DNA of 64,000 nucleotides, taken from positions 186,001 to 250,000 of the forward strand of contig JBODTK010000122.1 in assembly GCA_050613775.1 (NCBI GenBank), in the 5' to 3' direction. Under the pieces are notes generated by a model. That model was not told the DNA's origin. It saw nothing but the letters and a program-made list of their open reading frames with translations, and searched no databases. This document shows, piece by piece, positions 56,101-64,000 of the stretch. The position numbers and the translations under genes are program-made. The DNA comes from Neocallimastix sp. 'constans'. Lineage: Eukaryota. Positions within the stretch are counted from its first letter, which is position 1. Each line of letters starts with the position of its first letter.

Positions 56101-57784
56101 ATACAATAAAATAAAATATAAAATAAATAATGAAGTAATATATTAAAGAATTCAATAAAAATAAAATATAATTAAATAAAATTCCTATTTTCATTTAAAA
56201 CTTTAAAAAAAATTATATTTTGAAAAATATATTGTTAGAATTTCAAGGTTACACTAAAAAATTCTGATTTGTATATTTTTTAAAAAGAGAAATATATACC
56301 TATTTAGATTTTATTTTTCTTATTTTAATTTTTTTTCTTTTTTTTTTTTTTCTTTTTATTATTATTATTGTTAGCTGAAAAAGCAATATTACTCCTTTTT
56401 ATATGTTTTATTATAATTAAATCTCTATAATTATAATCATTCTTATATATGAAATTAAAACATCTAATTTTTATATATTTTTGTTAAATTTTTTAATATG
56501 TATTTTGGTTATTTTTTTATATTAGAAATATATAAGAATGTAATCTAATTTATTATAATATAAATAATAGTATTATAAATGAATATAACGGCATATAATT
56601 TGTAAATATATTATTTTAAATAATGAACAAAATCTTTGTAAATATTAAATTTAATAAAGTAATAAATATAATTTTGATTTAATCATTTAATGATACAAAA
56701 ATTTCGAGAAAAATAATTATTATATAGATATATTACAAAAGTTTAAAAAAAATATATATAGATATTTTTTTTTTCTTTAATCATATTTTTTTATTTTCAT
56801 TGTATCTATTTCTCAAATCATTTTATTAAATATAGTAAAAGTTGAATATTTATTATTAATAACAACTTTTCTTCTATTACATTTTTATATTGTATATATA
56901 TTGAACTTATTTAAAAAAAAAAGTTTCAATTATACAAATATTAATATATATATATATACTATTTATAAATTTTATTTAAGTATAAAAAGGAAAATATAAT
57001 AATATTTATATTATGAAAAATTGTAAGTAATAAATCATTATTATTATTGTTTATTTCGATAGTAAATTAATATAATTGGTTTTAAATTAAATTAAAAAAA
57101 AGAAAATAAAAAAAAAAAAAAATAAAAAGAAAAAACTTATTATTCTAACATATATATAGCAAGACAAAAAAAAAAATATTTTTTTTCTCTATTTTATCTA
57201 TTTATTCAAAAATAAACATTAATAAACTTTTGATTATTTAAAATATAATTAATTAATTATTGAATATTTCATAAATAAGGCAAATTAAGCATGTATTAAT
57301 AATTTTTATTCAAGTTTCCTATATGAATAATAAAATAAAAACCAAATATTGAAAAAATTATTAAATAAAATAATTAACATTATTATTAGTAAAAAAGTAA
57401 TAAATATAAATTAAATATTCAAATGAATATCTATTATTTATTTCTAAATTATATATTAATAATAATTAACATATATTATAAAATATATAAATATAAAAAG
57501 AAATATATTTTAGAATTAATAATTAATTGTAAATACTTAGAATTTTATTGAGTTGATATATTATATAAACATTTTATATTAGTTGTGGGATAATTACAAT
57601 TTATGTTATTAAACAATTAAATATTAAAAATTCAATAATAATAAATTATTCTAATATTATTTAAATTATTTTTATTTTATTGTTTGAAAAATAAACAATT
57701 AAAAGAGTAAAAGAAAAGAGGAAGAAATAGAATATAATAATAAACAGCACTAATAATAGAAAAAAAAATAATAATTAGTCAACA

Positions 57785-64000
<6,216 letters not shown>

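Overview
Extremely AT-rich, intron-rich eukaryotic DNA. Fungal (CBM10-type) dockerins, a CotH kinase and a long ankyrin gene point to an anaerobic gut fungus (Neocallimastigomycota); this is inferred, not verified. I assembled ten genes by hand. They are two convergent paralogous secreted GH114 hydrolases (one with four dockerins, one with a Lys/Thr/Val-rich tail), a CotH-family kinase with a putative GPI signal, an intronless ankyrin-repeat protein, a WASP orthologue with a CRIB/GBD and two WH2 motifs, eIF3m, a MOF/Tip60-type MYST acetyltransferase, a GT71 alpha-mannosyltransferase, GPI13/PIGO, and a BAR-PH-ArfGAP-ankyrin gene with NPF repeats that runs off the right edge. Non-genic DNA holds a decayed ricin-B/dockerin pseudogene apparently interrupted by an LTR-retrotransposon fragment, a probable 3' LINE remnant, a 1.5-kb compound satellite, several long hairpins, local tandem duplications and microsatellites. 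No rRNA, tRNA or CRISPR array was recognised. Most short ORFs in the supplied track are low-complexity or antisense artefacts. All exon structures and family calls are by eye, without database searches.
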